DNA of 64,000 nucleotides from Batkoa obscura (Eukaryota). Numbering within the stretch: the stretch's first letter is position 1; each line of letters opens with the position of its first letter. Below, piece by piece: positions 13,329 to 25,900 of this stretch. The stretch is taken from positions 62,001 through 126,000 of the forward strand of contig JASVEC010000011.1 in NCBI GenBank assembly GCA_030770535.1, read 5' to 3'. The position numbers were made by a program, and so were the translations under genes. The notes under the pieces are model-generated. The model saw only the letters and a list, made by a program, of their open reading frames with translations, made no database searches and was not told where the DNA came from.

Positions 13329-15569
13329 TTAATTTTTATGAGATTTTAATAACTTATCAAGTTCATTAATCTCCTCAGGAGTTAATTCAATGGACCTATT
13401 AGATTCTTTATCAAATTTAAGTGGTACCATCCCAGTTGTACCATCAAATCGATTCTTTTTAACATCAATATATCTTAAGTCATTTGGTGCATTTTGTAAT
13501 ATCATTACATTATCAGCTTCTTGTGTAATTTTAGCTGATCCAAAAATAGATCCAACGTCTAAAAATTCTCTATCATCTTTTCTAGGATGAACTACTAATG
13601 TTATATGAACATTATATTCTGTTGCAAACTTTCGAAATACACTTAAAGCATCTTCTTGGATTTCATATCTTTCAAATCCTTTACCTAATCCCGAAGTCAT
13701 GAATTGTAAATTATCTATTAAAATATGCTGAACATCATGAGCATAAACAGCATGTTCCATAGCATCAATTACTTCTTTTACTTTAGTACTACCAAAGAAT
13801 TTCATAAAATATAATGGAAGCTAATAAATATAATAAAAATAGTTAATATATAATATTTTAATAATAAATTTATAATAATTACCTGTTGAAATTTTTCTGC
13901 CCAATGATTATATTCTTCTACCTCAGTACCAATTGTCTTACCAGCATATTGAAATAACATTTTTTTAGCTAATCTAGTATTAGATATTTCAAAACTACCC
14001 CACATAGTTGATACACCAGAAGAACAAAAATCTAAAGATAATTGACTTAAAAAAGTAGTTTTACCCATCCCAGTGGGTCCTGAAAAAATAGTTAATTCAC
14101 CTGGTCTAAAACCTTTAATAATTTGATTTAAAGATGGAAAATTTTTAGTTGGTATGCCTTTAACTTGATCTGCATACATAATTTCTAATAATACGGAATC
14201 TTTTAATTTTTCAAAATCAACTACTTTAGAATGAGTTATTAATTTGGATTCTTTAATAAATTCTTTTAAATCATAACCTTTAGCCAAACAATCATAAGCG
14301 GATCTTACTTTTTCTGAATTAGCTGCTTCATTTTTAACTAAATAACATCGATCAAATCCTAATTTACGTGCAAATAATTGAGCTGCATTTTGACCTTGAA
14401 CATCCCCATCAAACCATAAATAAATACGTTTAAATCTTGCTAATAATGGCATATATTCAATTGGTAATTGATAAATATTTTTTGGTAAAGAAACTGAAGG
14501 TATATTTGTAGCTTGATAAACTGACATAGCATCTGCTTCTGTTGGAGTCAAACATATTTCATCACATTCATTAGATATTAAATGATAGCCAAAAAATCCA
14601 GGCTCGGATTTTGTTTTTGGTTCAAAGGTAACAAATTTCTCAGTTGGAAACGTGGAGGCTTTAAATGATACAATTTTATATTGATTTTCGTTTTCATTAC
14701 TGGATGATAAACTGGTTCTTGGAAATATAGCACATGGTATCTTTTCTTTTTTACTTATTTTAGCTGGATCATGAGAAGCTTCAAAATTAGAAAATGAAAT
14801 CCAATAATCTTTTAATGTCTTTTCATCTAATGGACTATTCTCGCCACATAATATATTATAAATAAATTTATTCTCTTCTATATCTTTATATTCAAATTGT
14901 AGCAACTCAGGTACTACTAACTGTCCTAAATTATTTGGTATTGAAGGTGGTTTTTTTAATTTAGTTCTATTCTCTTTAGTTAACATTTTAAATTGTTCCC
15001 AGTTCCCATGAGTACGACAAGAATAACAAAAATAGTTACCATGATCCGGTTTCAAAAATGTTTTTGTAGCTGATATAGAAGAATCATTATGACAGTTGGG
15101 GCAAGTAACTAAAAAATATTTTTCACTATTTTGAACGGATATTTGGCCCATGTTCGATAAAAACTCAGATATCTGTTTCGTCGTTACTGTATTCGGATTA
15201 CTGCTTGGAAATGAAAAATCTTCTGGTTTATTATGTTGTGGTACTTTGTTAATTGCACTTGATTTTGGTTTCACATTTTCTTTTTTAGTCCCCTTTGATT
15301 TATCTGTTGTGGCATAAAAATCAATAGACTCAACCTTTTTTATTTCGGGTTTAACTTTTAACTCATTTAATTGACTTACACTACTATGATACCCTTGAAA
15401 TCGTACATTTATTTCGTTATTTGATACTATTATTAAAACCGATGATTTAATATATATTATAATTTATTACATTGTAATTACCTGACTTAATAGCACTAAA
15501 ATTATTGTTATTATTAATCCTTTTTACTACTTTATCTAGTTTTATCGGTATTTTATTTAATTTATACAT
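13329..15569 (-). CDS. TWNK: Twinkle mitochondrial DNA helicase (T7 gp4-like primase-helicase)
   Basis: Zn-binding CPNC...CYSC, TOPRIM-like RIYLWFDGDVQG, and SF4 helicase motifs GFRPGELTIFSGPTGMGKTTF, HILIDNLQF, LVVHPRK, FGSAKITQEADNV, KKNRFDG. Internal intron ~13822-13882. The first exon and start are uncertain. Confidence 0.95.
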
Positions 15570-15917
15570 TCGATTAAATTACAAAGAGTATTTTATTTTA
15601 TTTTCGATCCAAATCATAAATATGCACAGTTTCAGTGTAATTTACTTTAAAAGTATTCAATTTACTCGATCAAATAAGCTAATGAAATAATAATTGAAGA
15701 TTGATATCAATAGTAATAATAATTAACATCATAAAATATATATAATTAAAACCAATATCACATACTAACTAATTTAAATATATTAGCACTCAATATCACA
15801 CTAACAGCTCACATTCTTCAAAAACTCACCCAGTCTACATTTCAACCAATAAAGTCAAAGCATTTTAAACTAAACTAAACTAATTCAATTCAAGTTTTTC
15901 TAATATTCATCTTTAAG

Positions 15918-16396
15918 ATGTCACGTATCGTATCGAGTCAAGGTAGTAAAGTATTTCAACAGCTTATGCAAGAAGTGAAGTTACAGGTAATCTATTATAT
16001 CAACTAAAAAAATCAATATTAAAAGTAATCTATTTAGACTACGACTTATAAACATCCAATCATTAGCAATTATTTTCAATCAAAATTTGAACCATTATCT
16101 ATTGAAAAAGAGAGTGAATTATCAACTTCAGCTATTAAGTTATATAAAGAAGCTGATGAAATTAGTATCTTTTTAGAACATCGTCGTAAACATAAAGTAA
16201 ATATTTTCATCCTCTGTATTTTATTATTTTTGATTCTAAAATTAATATTAATCATTTTTAGCACTTAACTGATCTTTATGCTCCAGTAGTAGGTGAAGAA
16301 GAAAGGGTAACTGCTTCAGCTAAAAGAGTTGGTTTACAATTACCTAAAACGTTTGATGGTTTGGGTATAGATACTGGTGATATTAAAAAAGAATAG
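15918..16396 (+). CDS. FMC1: FMC1-like mitochondrial ATP synthase assembly factor (LYR family), 3 exons
   Basis: Spliced MSRIVSSQGSKVFQQLMQEVKLQ|...IFLEHRRKHK|HLTDLYAPVVGEEERVTASAKRVGLQLPK. The C-terminal SAxRVGLxLP is characteristic of FMC1/C7orf55. Absent from the ORF track. Confidence 0.75.
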
Positions 16397-16672
16397 AGTT
16401 AGAAAAGGGACTAAATGAAGAATAATAAATTTTATTTGATTTAAATGGTTTAAAAGGCTTTATTTTAGTAAAAGGTGTTTTTAATAATATTATACAGATG
16501 AATCAATTGTTTTCGTCGATACTCATATAATTTTTGTTATTGAAATATATCTAAGCAACTATATAAATTACTAAACTTTTTCGATACCTTTATTTCACAT
16601 AAAACCTTCCCTTCAAACTAAAAAAACAATTATAATTCTTATGATTTTTATTTCGTATTTTCAATTTTGATC

Positions 16673-18660
16673 TCATAACAGGTCTTCAATCTCATCCATA
16701 AATCTAGTATAATCATCCTTCTTTTCTTCATTTACTTTTTCTACGCTCACCACTTTAGACTGCTCTTTAGCAGTTGTTTTAGGTGGAGGTGGAGCTAAAA
16801 ACGATTTAACAGGGGGTGGTTTAAAAGCCATTGGCTTAATCAACGGCACTGGTTTAACACTTTCAACGCTAGGACCATCTAAATTGGGAGCCGCATTAAT
16901 AGAAGGTTTAAATAATTTAATACCTTGAGAATGAATCGAATTAGATTTAGTAGTTGTATTTGGTAAAGTAAATGGTATTTCTTGTTTAGTTGAATTATTA
17001 GATTGTTCTTGTTCTGTTGTACTTTCTTTTGGTTCCACTTTCATTTTCTTTCTTAAAGCCAAAGGTACAAACGCTGTTAGCTCTTTTTGTAAATCTCGTA
17101 ATTTGGGTTCAGCACTTATCACTATTGGTGCCGGTGGTTGTTCATTTCCTTCTTCTGATTGATTTAGTTTATTATTTGGTATTTCTTTTAACCCTCGTTT
17201 TTTATTATTGTTTATGCTATTATTTTGTGGGTTTGTTACGTTAGTATTGGGTTGTCCTGAATCTAAAATTAAATCAATATAGTTTAAAATTAATGAATAA
17301 AAATTACTTGTTTGCCCCCTATTATAAAATTGCGGAGGTTGATAGAAACTTGAATTAGGAGCAGGAGGTGGATTTCTAGGTGGCATATTGTTTTGATGAA
17401 AGGGATGTATGGGATGTCCTATTGGTCCATAATAACCATTATATCCCATTGGACCTGGCCCATGCATAGGAAATGGTAATGATGGTGGAATTCTAATTGC
17501 TTTACTGACGGGTTTCTTGGGCGCTTCAGTTTTCTCTTGATCTTTTTTATTATCAACGCGTTCTGCTTTTTTGTCATTTGAATCAACTTTTTCGGTTTCT
17601 TTTGGCGTATTGTTTGATTTAATAAATTTTAATTTAAAAGGCTCTTTTATCTTAGCATAACTTGGTGGAGGTCCTTTTGGGAGCGATGGTAAGTAATCTA
17701 TGCTTGGGATTTTACTAATAGCAAATGGTGGGACCTCTCCAAGAGATTTGGGGACAATCTCTTCATCAATTGTTTTGTTTTCAATTTTATTACTTTTTGG
17801 CTTTTCATTATTGACTCCATCTTTATCGTTTTCTTGCGTTTGAATAATAATGTTCTTATCTATTTCTTCTTCTTGAGAATCTTCATCTGAAGTTACATCT
17901 GAGCCGGAATCCTTATCGTCTTCATCTTTAACAAATGATTAGATTAATGTAATTTATAGATAATTTATTACCTTGTTCAGATTTCTCTTTTTCTTCTTCA
18001 TTTTCATCAATTTCAACTGATTCTAGTGGGATGTCTACAAACATTATTTAATATGATTTTTTTACAATAATACAAATTAAATTAAACTCACCAATTTCCC
18101 GATAAGGCATACCTGGAGGAGGTACACCAAGAGGATTTAAAGTAGGATGATAATAAAATGAACGGCGAGGATCTTTTGGTATCTTAACTTCAACATCTGG
18201 AATAATTGGGCCTGAAGTTTTTGTAGGTTTACTATTTTTTTTAAACTCTTCAATCTTTGATTTTCCAGCTATTAATCGAGCCAGCTTGGACTTCCCAGTT
18301 GCATCCAGTTGTCCATTTTCATCTTTTTAAATAGTTAATAACTCATTTTATAATTATGGCCATGAGCAATTACCCAAAAATTGATATTTTTCTATTTCGG
18401 CTGCTACACTCCTTGGGTCCCTTTTTAACAATGCCTCATCTCTCGTCTTTTTACGTTCTTCTTTGTTCTATATGTTTTTAGATTAATTTTTGGTAGATTA
18501 TTATACTTCAAACTACCTTTTTAACTTCTCTTTTACGCTGTGCTTTTCCTATAATAGTTGATTAACCTTTATTTCCTTATGAATATTATTTTTTAGTAGC
18601 AGTAACAATTTACTTACTGTGTGCTTCCGCTGGATTCACAGCCCTTTCTTTTTTTGCCAT
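16673..18660 (-). CDS. WBP11: WW domain-binding protein 11 (splicing factor, Saf1-like), multi-exon
   Basis: MAKKERAVNPAEAH|RKAQRKREVKK|NKEERKKTRD...RSFYYHPTLNPLGVPPPG; Pro-rich middle; ISAEPKLRDLQKELTAFVPLALR; ends DDYTRFMDEIEDLL. Confidence 0.88.
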
Positions 18661-19150
18661 CTTTTTTGAATTTTTATAAAACTAAAAATTGAAAATAATG
18701 AAACAGAAATTTAAGCTTCTTGGCAAAAGTATGTCAAATATTTAAATAGAGTTGTAGCTGTTTAAGTTCATTATGCTGTGTCGATAATTTAAAGCTTGAT
18801 AGTTGAGGATTTATTCTCAAATGAACAGTTAGCCAGTACCAATTTGACTTTAAACAGCTATATTTTAAATTCTATAAACAGTAATAATTTACTATACTAT
18901 TAGTTTATCAAAAGTTATATTCAATATCAATGTAATTTTATATCACTATAGTTGATCGTAAAAACACATATTTATAAAGTAAAAAAATAATTTTATTAAA
19001 ATGAGAAGGTTAACTAGAAACTAGAGAGCAGTAAAACAGAAAACTAATACTTTATACCCTACATTATTAACTTACAGTAATAAATAATTAAACTTAAACT
19101 AATAGTGAGATCAAAAATCTTTCAACTTAAATTAGTTCTTAAACTATTAT

Positions 19151-20434
19151 TTAAACTTTTGCGTCTGCTGCAAAATGGGCAACTAAAGACTTGATAGCAT
19201 CAATAGCTCCCAAAATACATCCTATCAATCCTACAACGATAACGATGAACATCCATATGTATTCATACCATTTTCTATCGCGCCATCCGTATAATTTCAA
19301 ATGACAGATAACTGGAATAACGAATACAATCATGCAATTAGCTAAGGCACCAACCAAAGACATAAAATCGCCGAAGTAAGGTACGTAAACAGCAATCACA
19401 GTTAAGATACCTGTAATCAATACTCTTAATGAAAAACGAATCACGAACTCCTTAATTGGTCCCATATGATCACGATTGATATTAAAAGAGTTTTCCATTT
19501 CTAATGAAAACCCACATAAAAGGATAGGGGCGGCTGCAATGACATGGAAAGTGATGAAAGCGGTGGCTACTACATTAGCAACACCTTGAGGGATAGAGTT
19601 TAAAACAGGAGATTCTACGATTCTTCCATAAACATAATAACCAACTACACTGATAATAATATAAAATACAGAAACTGTAACCATGGAAGAGAACAACATC
19701 CTGCGCCATGCTCTTGGATTTTTCATACTGGCTTCTACATGAGGATAGACAACATTACCACCATAAGAAAAGGAAATTGTTGCTAAAGCAATAGGTATAC
19801 CTTCCCATAAAACAACGTCATGCTTGGGATCTGTTTGGTTTGGAATATCAATAACTCCAGTAACAACGGTTACTACAATCACGACTAAGGTAGCCAAAGC
19901 GCCAAAAACAGATAAGAAGGATACTTCACGCATATTCTTAAAGAGGGAATAAGGAATTAGGACAAGTACACCACCTACTAAGGTCATCAATTTCATATCA
20001 AGGACAATATTATAAGTAGCAAACATTCTGGTCAAATTAAGACCAGTCAATAAAATAAATAAACAGGAAGCACCCAACATGATAGCATAATGGAAAAACT
20101 GAACAAAGACACGACCAAATTTGCCAAATGCTTCTTCACCAACATCAGGGTAACTCGATAAACGTTTCCCAGGTTTATAGTAAAGACACTCGATCAATAA
20201 GTTACCGGTATACCAAGCAATAGCAGCTGATAAAACAATAAAAATAAGGGAAACCCAACCACCTACAGCTAAAGTGTTTGGTAATCCTAAGGTACCGGTA
20301 CCAGCAATGATACACACTACATTGAAAAAGGCACCAAAGGTAGATCCTGTCCTACCAAAATCATGTGCATCTCCACCTTCTACAGGCTCACCTATTTCAT
20401 TACGGAAATCTTCTACTTTTTTCTCAGTAGCCAT
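19151..20434 (-). CDS. Amino acid transporter, AAAP family (AVT1-like), intronless
   Basis: AFFNVVCIIAGTGTLGLP, SYPDVGEEAFG, FSYGGNVVYPHVEASMKNP, PYFGDFMSLVGA; about 11 hydrophobic segments. Confidence 0.93.
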   Translation of the reverse strand: MATEKKVEDFRNEIGEPVEGGDAHDFGRTGSTFGAFFNVVCIIAGTGTLGLPNTLAVGGWVSLIFIVLSAAIAWYTGNLLIECLYYKPGKRLSSYPDVGEEAFGKFGRVFVQFFHYAIMLGASCLFILLTGLNLTRMFATYNIVLDMKLMTLVGGVLVLIPYSLFKNMREVSFLSVFGALATLVVIVVTVVTGVIDIPNQTDPKHDVVLWEGIPIALATISFSYGGNVVYPHVEASMKNPRAWRRMLFSSMVTVSVFYIIISVVGYYVYGRIVESPVLNSIPQGVANVVATAFITFHVIAAAPILLCGFSLEMENSFNINRDHMGPIKEFVIRFSLRVLITGILTVIAVYVPYFGDFMSLVGALANCMIVFVIPVICHLKLYGWRDRKWYEYIWMFIVIVVGLIGCILGAIDAIKSLVAHFAADAKV

Positions 20435-20731
20435 TATTAAATTTCAATACAAAATTGGGGTTTTAAATTAATTTGGTCACAGGTTAAGGGTATTAAAGGG
20501 TGTCAAGGGACTGTTAATTGAATCAAAAAATAAAAAAGAGGGAAGTCAAATAGAACTTATTTATACTTATTATGAGGTAATGACCTTGAGAAAAGTAAAA
20601 TAAAACTTGTAAAGAAATCAAGTTTGAATAAATAATCTCGCTCAATCTTGACTGCATCTATTTATAATCCTCTTTTTTGATGTATCATTCTTAATAATAT
20701 AAAAATCTATTTTCCACTTTCATTATTAAAA

Positions 20732-21224
20732 TGAGTCTTATTGGGTGATAGTCGAGAATAACAAATAAAAAGGAAAATTGTATTTTTTAGACTAAATATG
20801 TAACTCGAACGTTTATTTAAAAGGCAATTTCGAGTGATAAAGCAGCATGACTCACTTAACAACTTTATTAAATTCGAGCATATTTACTAATTTAATTAAA
20901 CTTATTATTTCCCAGGATCATACGAGTGTCAAATCTCCAAATAATGTTAAAGCAAAGAATACTTCTCTTCTTAATCCATATTATGCAATATGGAATACTT
21001 ATGTTTATTTACCATAAAGGATACCAGCAGATATAAAAATGTATTAGAGTACATGACTCTTAACATTTAAAGTATATTCGTATTGATTTTCAGGTCACTC
21101 GTTAGCCACCATCAGCTGATAAGTCATAGTATGCCACCACCCTTTTTTACTGGTTTAATTTTAAGCTAAAATAAAGCCAATGAAAACTGATTATCTCGAA
21201 ATATAAAATTTTGATAATGATAAG
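20732..21224. promoter_or_regulatory. Putative Gcn4/AP-1 (TGACTC[A]) and GATA sites upstream of the amino acid transporter
   Basis: TGACTCA at 20848-20854, TGAGTC at 20732, TGACTC at 21054; GATAA(G) near 20836, 21118 and 21213-21224. Confidence 0.4.
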
Positions 21225-22254
21225 ATTGGAATTAAGTTAAGTAGAATAATAAAAATGTATTAATAATAACAATAAAATGAGCTCTTCGGTATTTTCAATC
21301 TTCTCCATGTTAGAATTCTTATCTTAAAATACTTTAAAGATTTATGTTATGTTATAATAGGTCACTCAAATAACTTTAAAAATGTAGTTACTTTTTGTAT
21401 ATTTTTTTAATGTTTGATAAATTTCATTGTTGAAAAGGTTCTCGACATATTAGGCACTTTGCTTTAATTTTTAGGTAACACTTAAGCACCCAAAACCTTA
21501 GTTAGCATTTTTATTATGAACTCAAAGCAGCTGGAAAATTATCCTTTTTAAAAATAGGATCTATAAATTGTATATGAATAATGTTTCATGAGTTTATTTT
21601 TAATTTTTATTCAAAGGAGATTTAAAGTAACATTAAAAAAATATTACATTTTATTCTGTTAAAAAATTATTGGAAATGTTTTAATAAACTTATTTAAAAT
21701 AGCTGTCACTTAATTAGTTGTATAATTATATAATTGTTTATTTATATATTTTTAAAAATGATGATTTTATATAAATCAAAAATATAAACATACTTGTTAT
21801 AACATTAGAAATTTATATTATATTTACTATTAACTATTGATTTATCATAATGAAATAAGGAGAAATAAATAAGATGGTTTTTATTTTTATAAAGATTCGG
21901 ATATTTTAAATCCTGTTATAAATGGTCTTCAATTTATCATTGTGTATAAAAGTTTATAAAACTTAACTAGGTTTGATATGCAGGTAAGCCAAAGGTTCGT
22001 AATGTAAAGAGTTTGTAAGTGTGGTGCATGAAATCCAATGTCTATTGGATGAATGATGAATAAAATATATATCAAGCTTTGTATTAGTTGAATTATGCAT
22101 CTTTGAGATACAACCAAAGAACTGGCTATCCCTGAAAAAGTATAATTAGTAAACAAAATAATGCTTTAAGAACACAGAACAATTCAGCTTTATTCATCTT
22201 TAAAATTTTAATTAGATCTCAAAGATGAATAATCTAGTTTAATAGAACTTGGTA

Positions 22255-22356
22255 TATGGGGATGTGTTTTTGTTTAAAAATTTTACTAACAATCTTTCCG
22301 CTGAAATAGCGCTTAAAAATGGAAAAAATAATGAAGTCAAAAAAAACACCCTCATA
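22255..22356 (+). mobile_element. ~100-bp dispersed repeat, copy A (MITE-like)
   Basis: ta-tggggatgtgttttt...ttttactaacaatctttccgct...ggaaaaaataatgaagtcaaaaaaaacaccctca-ta. Ends are imperfect inverted repeats; homologous to copies at 50715, 56959 and 57408. Confidence 0.75.
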
Positions 22357-22777
22357 TCTTTTATTTAGAATACATGTAACAGACTTAGCTAAAAAAACTC
22401 CACACCCTATACCTGCAACCCCTTCGCTTAGAGAACTTTTTAACCTCCCCCTGTATTATGATCTAATATAATAAAATAATAAAGAAGCAATTTAAATTTA
22501 AATTTTATGTCAGTATAAAAAAACTGTGGTTAATTCATTATATTAGAAAAGATTTTTGTATGTAATTGAGTGCTCAAACTTGTTATTACCATTAGTATTA
22601 AATATATTTATTTAAACTTATAAAAAAATAATAGTAGCTTAAATTTGAATAATAAACAAACTTATATTCACAAGGTGATAATTTGTAATTTATAAATAAA
22701 ATAAATCAATTGCGTTTAAACTATTGCTTTATATATTTTTATTTGAGTAATTGAATTTAATAAATTAATATTGATAA

Positions 22778-22845
22778 TTTTATTTTATTTTATTTTATTT
22801 TATTTTATTTTATTTTATTTTATTTTATTTTACTTTATTTTACTT
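22778..22845. repeat. (TTTTA)n pentanucleotide repeat
   Basis: Direct reading, downstream of the EH-domain gene. Confidence 0.9.
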
Positions 22846-22954
22846 ATTCAATATCAAGCTATCATGTTGCTTATCAAAACATTTTTTATAAAACAAATAA
22901 TTTAAAAAACTTCATAAAAAATTTAATAAATTAAATTATAGGAATATTTTGTTA

Positions 22955-25900
22955 TTAAGAATCCAAAAGGAAATTAGTAGCAAGATCAAGATCATTATCA
23001 TACTTCGCTAAAGCTTCATTAGCTTGTTCAATAGCGAATCCCATTTGCATTAATTCGGTAACTTTAGAATCATCAACTTTAAGGGATTCAATGATACCAT
23101 TTGGTGTTCCAAAACCAGGCTGTATTTCACTATCCCTTACTTCAGTATTTTGTGTTTCTTTATCCTCAACTTGAGTATTTTGCGCTTCATTGTCCTTTAC
23201 TTCATCTTTTTTTACTTTATCCTTTTTTACTTTGCTGTTTTGTTTTTCCATATCTTGTGATTGATCATCGTATGTTTCATCTCCCTTTTCACTACTGACT
23301 GGACTTGTGGTTATGATGCCATTTTTCAAATGACTCACATTCTCATGTGCATCATAATAAACATTAGTAGACTCCGTGCGTGATATTGGATTATTTGGAT
23401 GACTTGAAGTTGAAGGCATGTGAGCACTAGAAAACGAGTCTTCGAAGCTATCACCAAATGGATTTGATTTTGGTGAATATTCTTGTGGCAATGGAAAATT
23501 GCTAATAATGCTTGTTTCTCTTTCTGCTATCATAGCGAAGGGATCACTATCATCTAACTGAGTAGATAATAAACTTGTGTCATTATTAGGATTAAGAGTT
23601 TGAGCTTCAAAATCAAATTTTTCTGTAATAGGTGTCAAATTTTCTTTAATTGGTATCACTTCATCAAAGATTGGAGATTCTAATTGATCAAACAAACCTT
23701 GTGAAAAACTATAATTTAAACTTGCTTTTTCAATTCCTTTTTCTTCAACATCCTCATTATTGATTGATAGCACATGAAGGTCATTCATATGTTTACTAAA
23801 AAAGGCCAACATTGTCTTTTCATCATTAATGTTCTCTAAATCAAAATTAATGTGTGATTTATAATTACTAGTTTCGGGTACAGCCATTAATTCATTAATG
23901 GATTTTTGAGATGGTGACATATTAGAGTTAGGGAGCTCTGTAATAGATACTGGTGATAACGGTGGTGATGTAGCTGAAACAACTTCAAATGGTGAAAAAG
24001 AAGTCTGAGTTTTACTAGCTGAAGGTGGAGGTGAGAGAGGAGGGAGAGAGTTGTTTTGAATGTGATTTCCTGGTAAAGATTCTGGTTTGGGAGATGTAAT
24101 TTGATCATCATCTTCAGAGCTTTCTTTTAATACCATTTTTACAGTATTTTTCTTTATTTCCGGTTTAGCTACATCTCTAGAAGAAACAAGATCATCGAAT
24201 GAAAATGTAGGCTCTAAAGTTTGGTTCATATCAACAATATTATTATCCGCAAAAGGATCGTCTTCAGTAAATGAAGTTTCCCTAATATCTTCTTTTATCT
24301 TGGTTGAATCATTTGCTTTTTCTTCTGGCTTTACAGTATTTTTGTTGTTATCTACTAATGCTAAGAAAGGATCATTTTCCTCTACATTTGAAGATTCTAC
24401 TTTTTTTGCTTGAACTTCTTGACCTTTATTTTCTTCAACTAATGACATAAAAGGATCCTCTTCTTCTAAAGCCACTGGATGTTCTTTGGTTTCCTTAGCC
24501 TTATTGTCTTCAACTAAGGACATAAATGGATCGTCTATATCTCTAGTATTATTATCTACTTTTTTGTTTTCTTCATTTTCAACAAGAGCAGTGAATGGAT
24601 CAATTTCATCATTAGCTTCATTTTGTGCTTTTGCAGTTTCTGCTATTTTATTATTTTCTTCAACTTTTTTTTGAGTTTCTAAAATCAATCCTTGTAAATA
24701 ATGAAAATATTCTTTAGCCATCTTTGATTTCGCTAAGCTCTCTTGAATCTTTAAGCTCTCCTCTTCGATCTCTTTTTGTTTATTAAGGCACTGACTTTGC
24801 ACTTGAGCTAACTCCTCCTTTTCATTCATAAGCTTAGGTTCCAAATCTTGAATCTTATTTTGTAAATCCAACATTTGGGCTTGGGTTAATTGTGTTGAAG
24901 TATCAATTTCATTAATTTTTAAAGTGAGCTGTCTTTTCTGTTCTTCTAAAAACTCAGATTGAGATTCAAGTTTTGCTTTACGTGGACGATGTGAATTGAT
25001 ATTTTCAATTGCGTCTTCGATTTCATTCTTAATTGGATCAATCTCTGCTTTAAGCTTATCCATATTAACTTTGTTCATGTTGAAGCTACTCTCAAATGGT
25101 ATAGCAGTATTATAGCTATTAAGTGATGGGGGATTACTTGTATCAAAAGATAACAGATCGGATTCATTTATATCTGAAAAAGAAGGCATAGATTTTGATT
25201 CAAGGAACGGGTCTTAAAAATATGTTTAGATTTATTCATAATATAATAAATTAAAATAAACCACCTTGCTTTTTTTGAGGCTCGTTTATCAAAAGATCAA
25301 ACTCATGCGAACCTGGTAATGAGGTTGTAGCTTTTTATATATTAACATGATAAGTAAATAAGAGTATATTGTATACCTTTAGAAAAAGAATTAGAGTCTC
25401 TCATACCAGGAGGAATAAGTGATTTAGGTAATTTTAAAGGGATATCATTCCCATTTAAACGATCATAAATTAAATGCATAGCAACTGCAAACTCATCTCT
25501 ACTTAAACTACCTCTGCTTTTAATATCTGCTAATTCCCTAATAAATGATAAGTTTAGTCATAAGATTACAAAATAAACTTACCAAATCTCAGCTAAATCG
25601 CTATTTGATAGTTTTGACCTGATGAATATTTGATATGCTTCTTGACTGGACATTCTGGAGAGTGGATTTGAGACAACATTATCAAAGAAAGAATAGTATT
25701 TGTTAAGGTCTTGTTTAGAAATGTCCCATGTCATATCATTTTTTTCATTATAAATAGATGAACTAAATGGTGCATTGGTTGTAGTAGCATAAGGATTTGT
25801 TTGAGCTGTAGAAAACTGATTATTAAATGGAGATGTTAATGAAGTTGAGTATGAGTTGATGCTTGAATAAGATGGCATATTTCTAAAATTATTGACGGAT

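Noticed and set aside
22190..22237. Hairpin plus CTAG as a Helitron 3' end
   Set aside because: The stem is AT-rich with a long loop and directly abuts CTAG, unlike the typical GC-rich stem about 10 nt upstream; no 5' end is identifiable.
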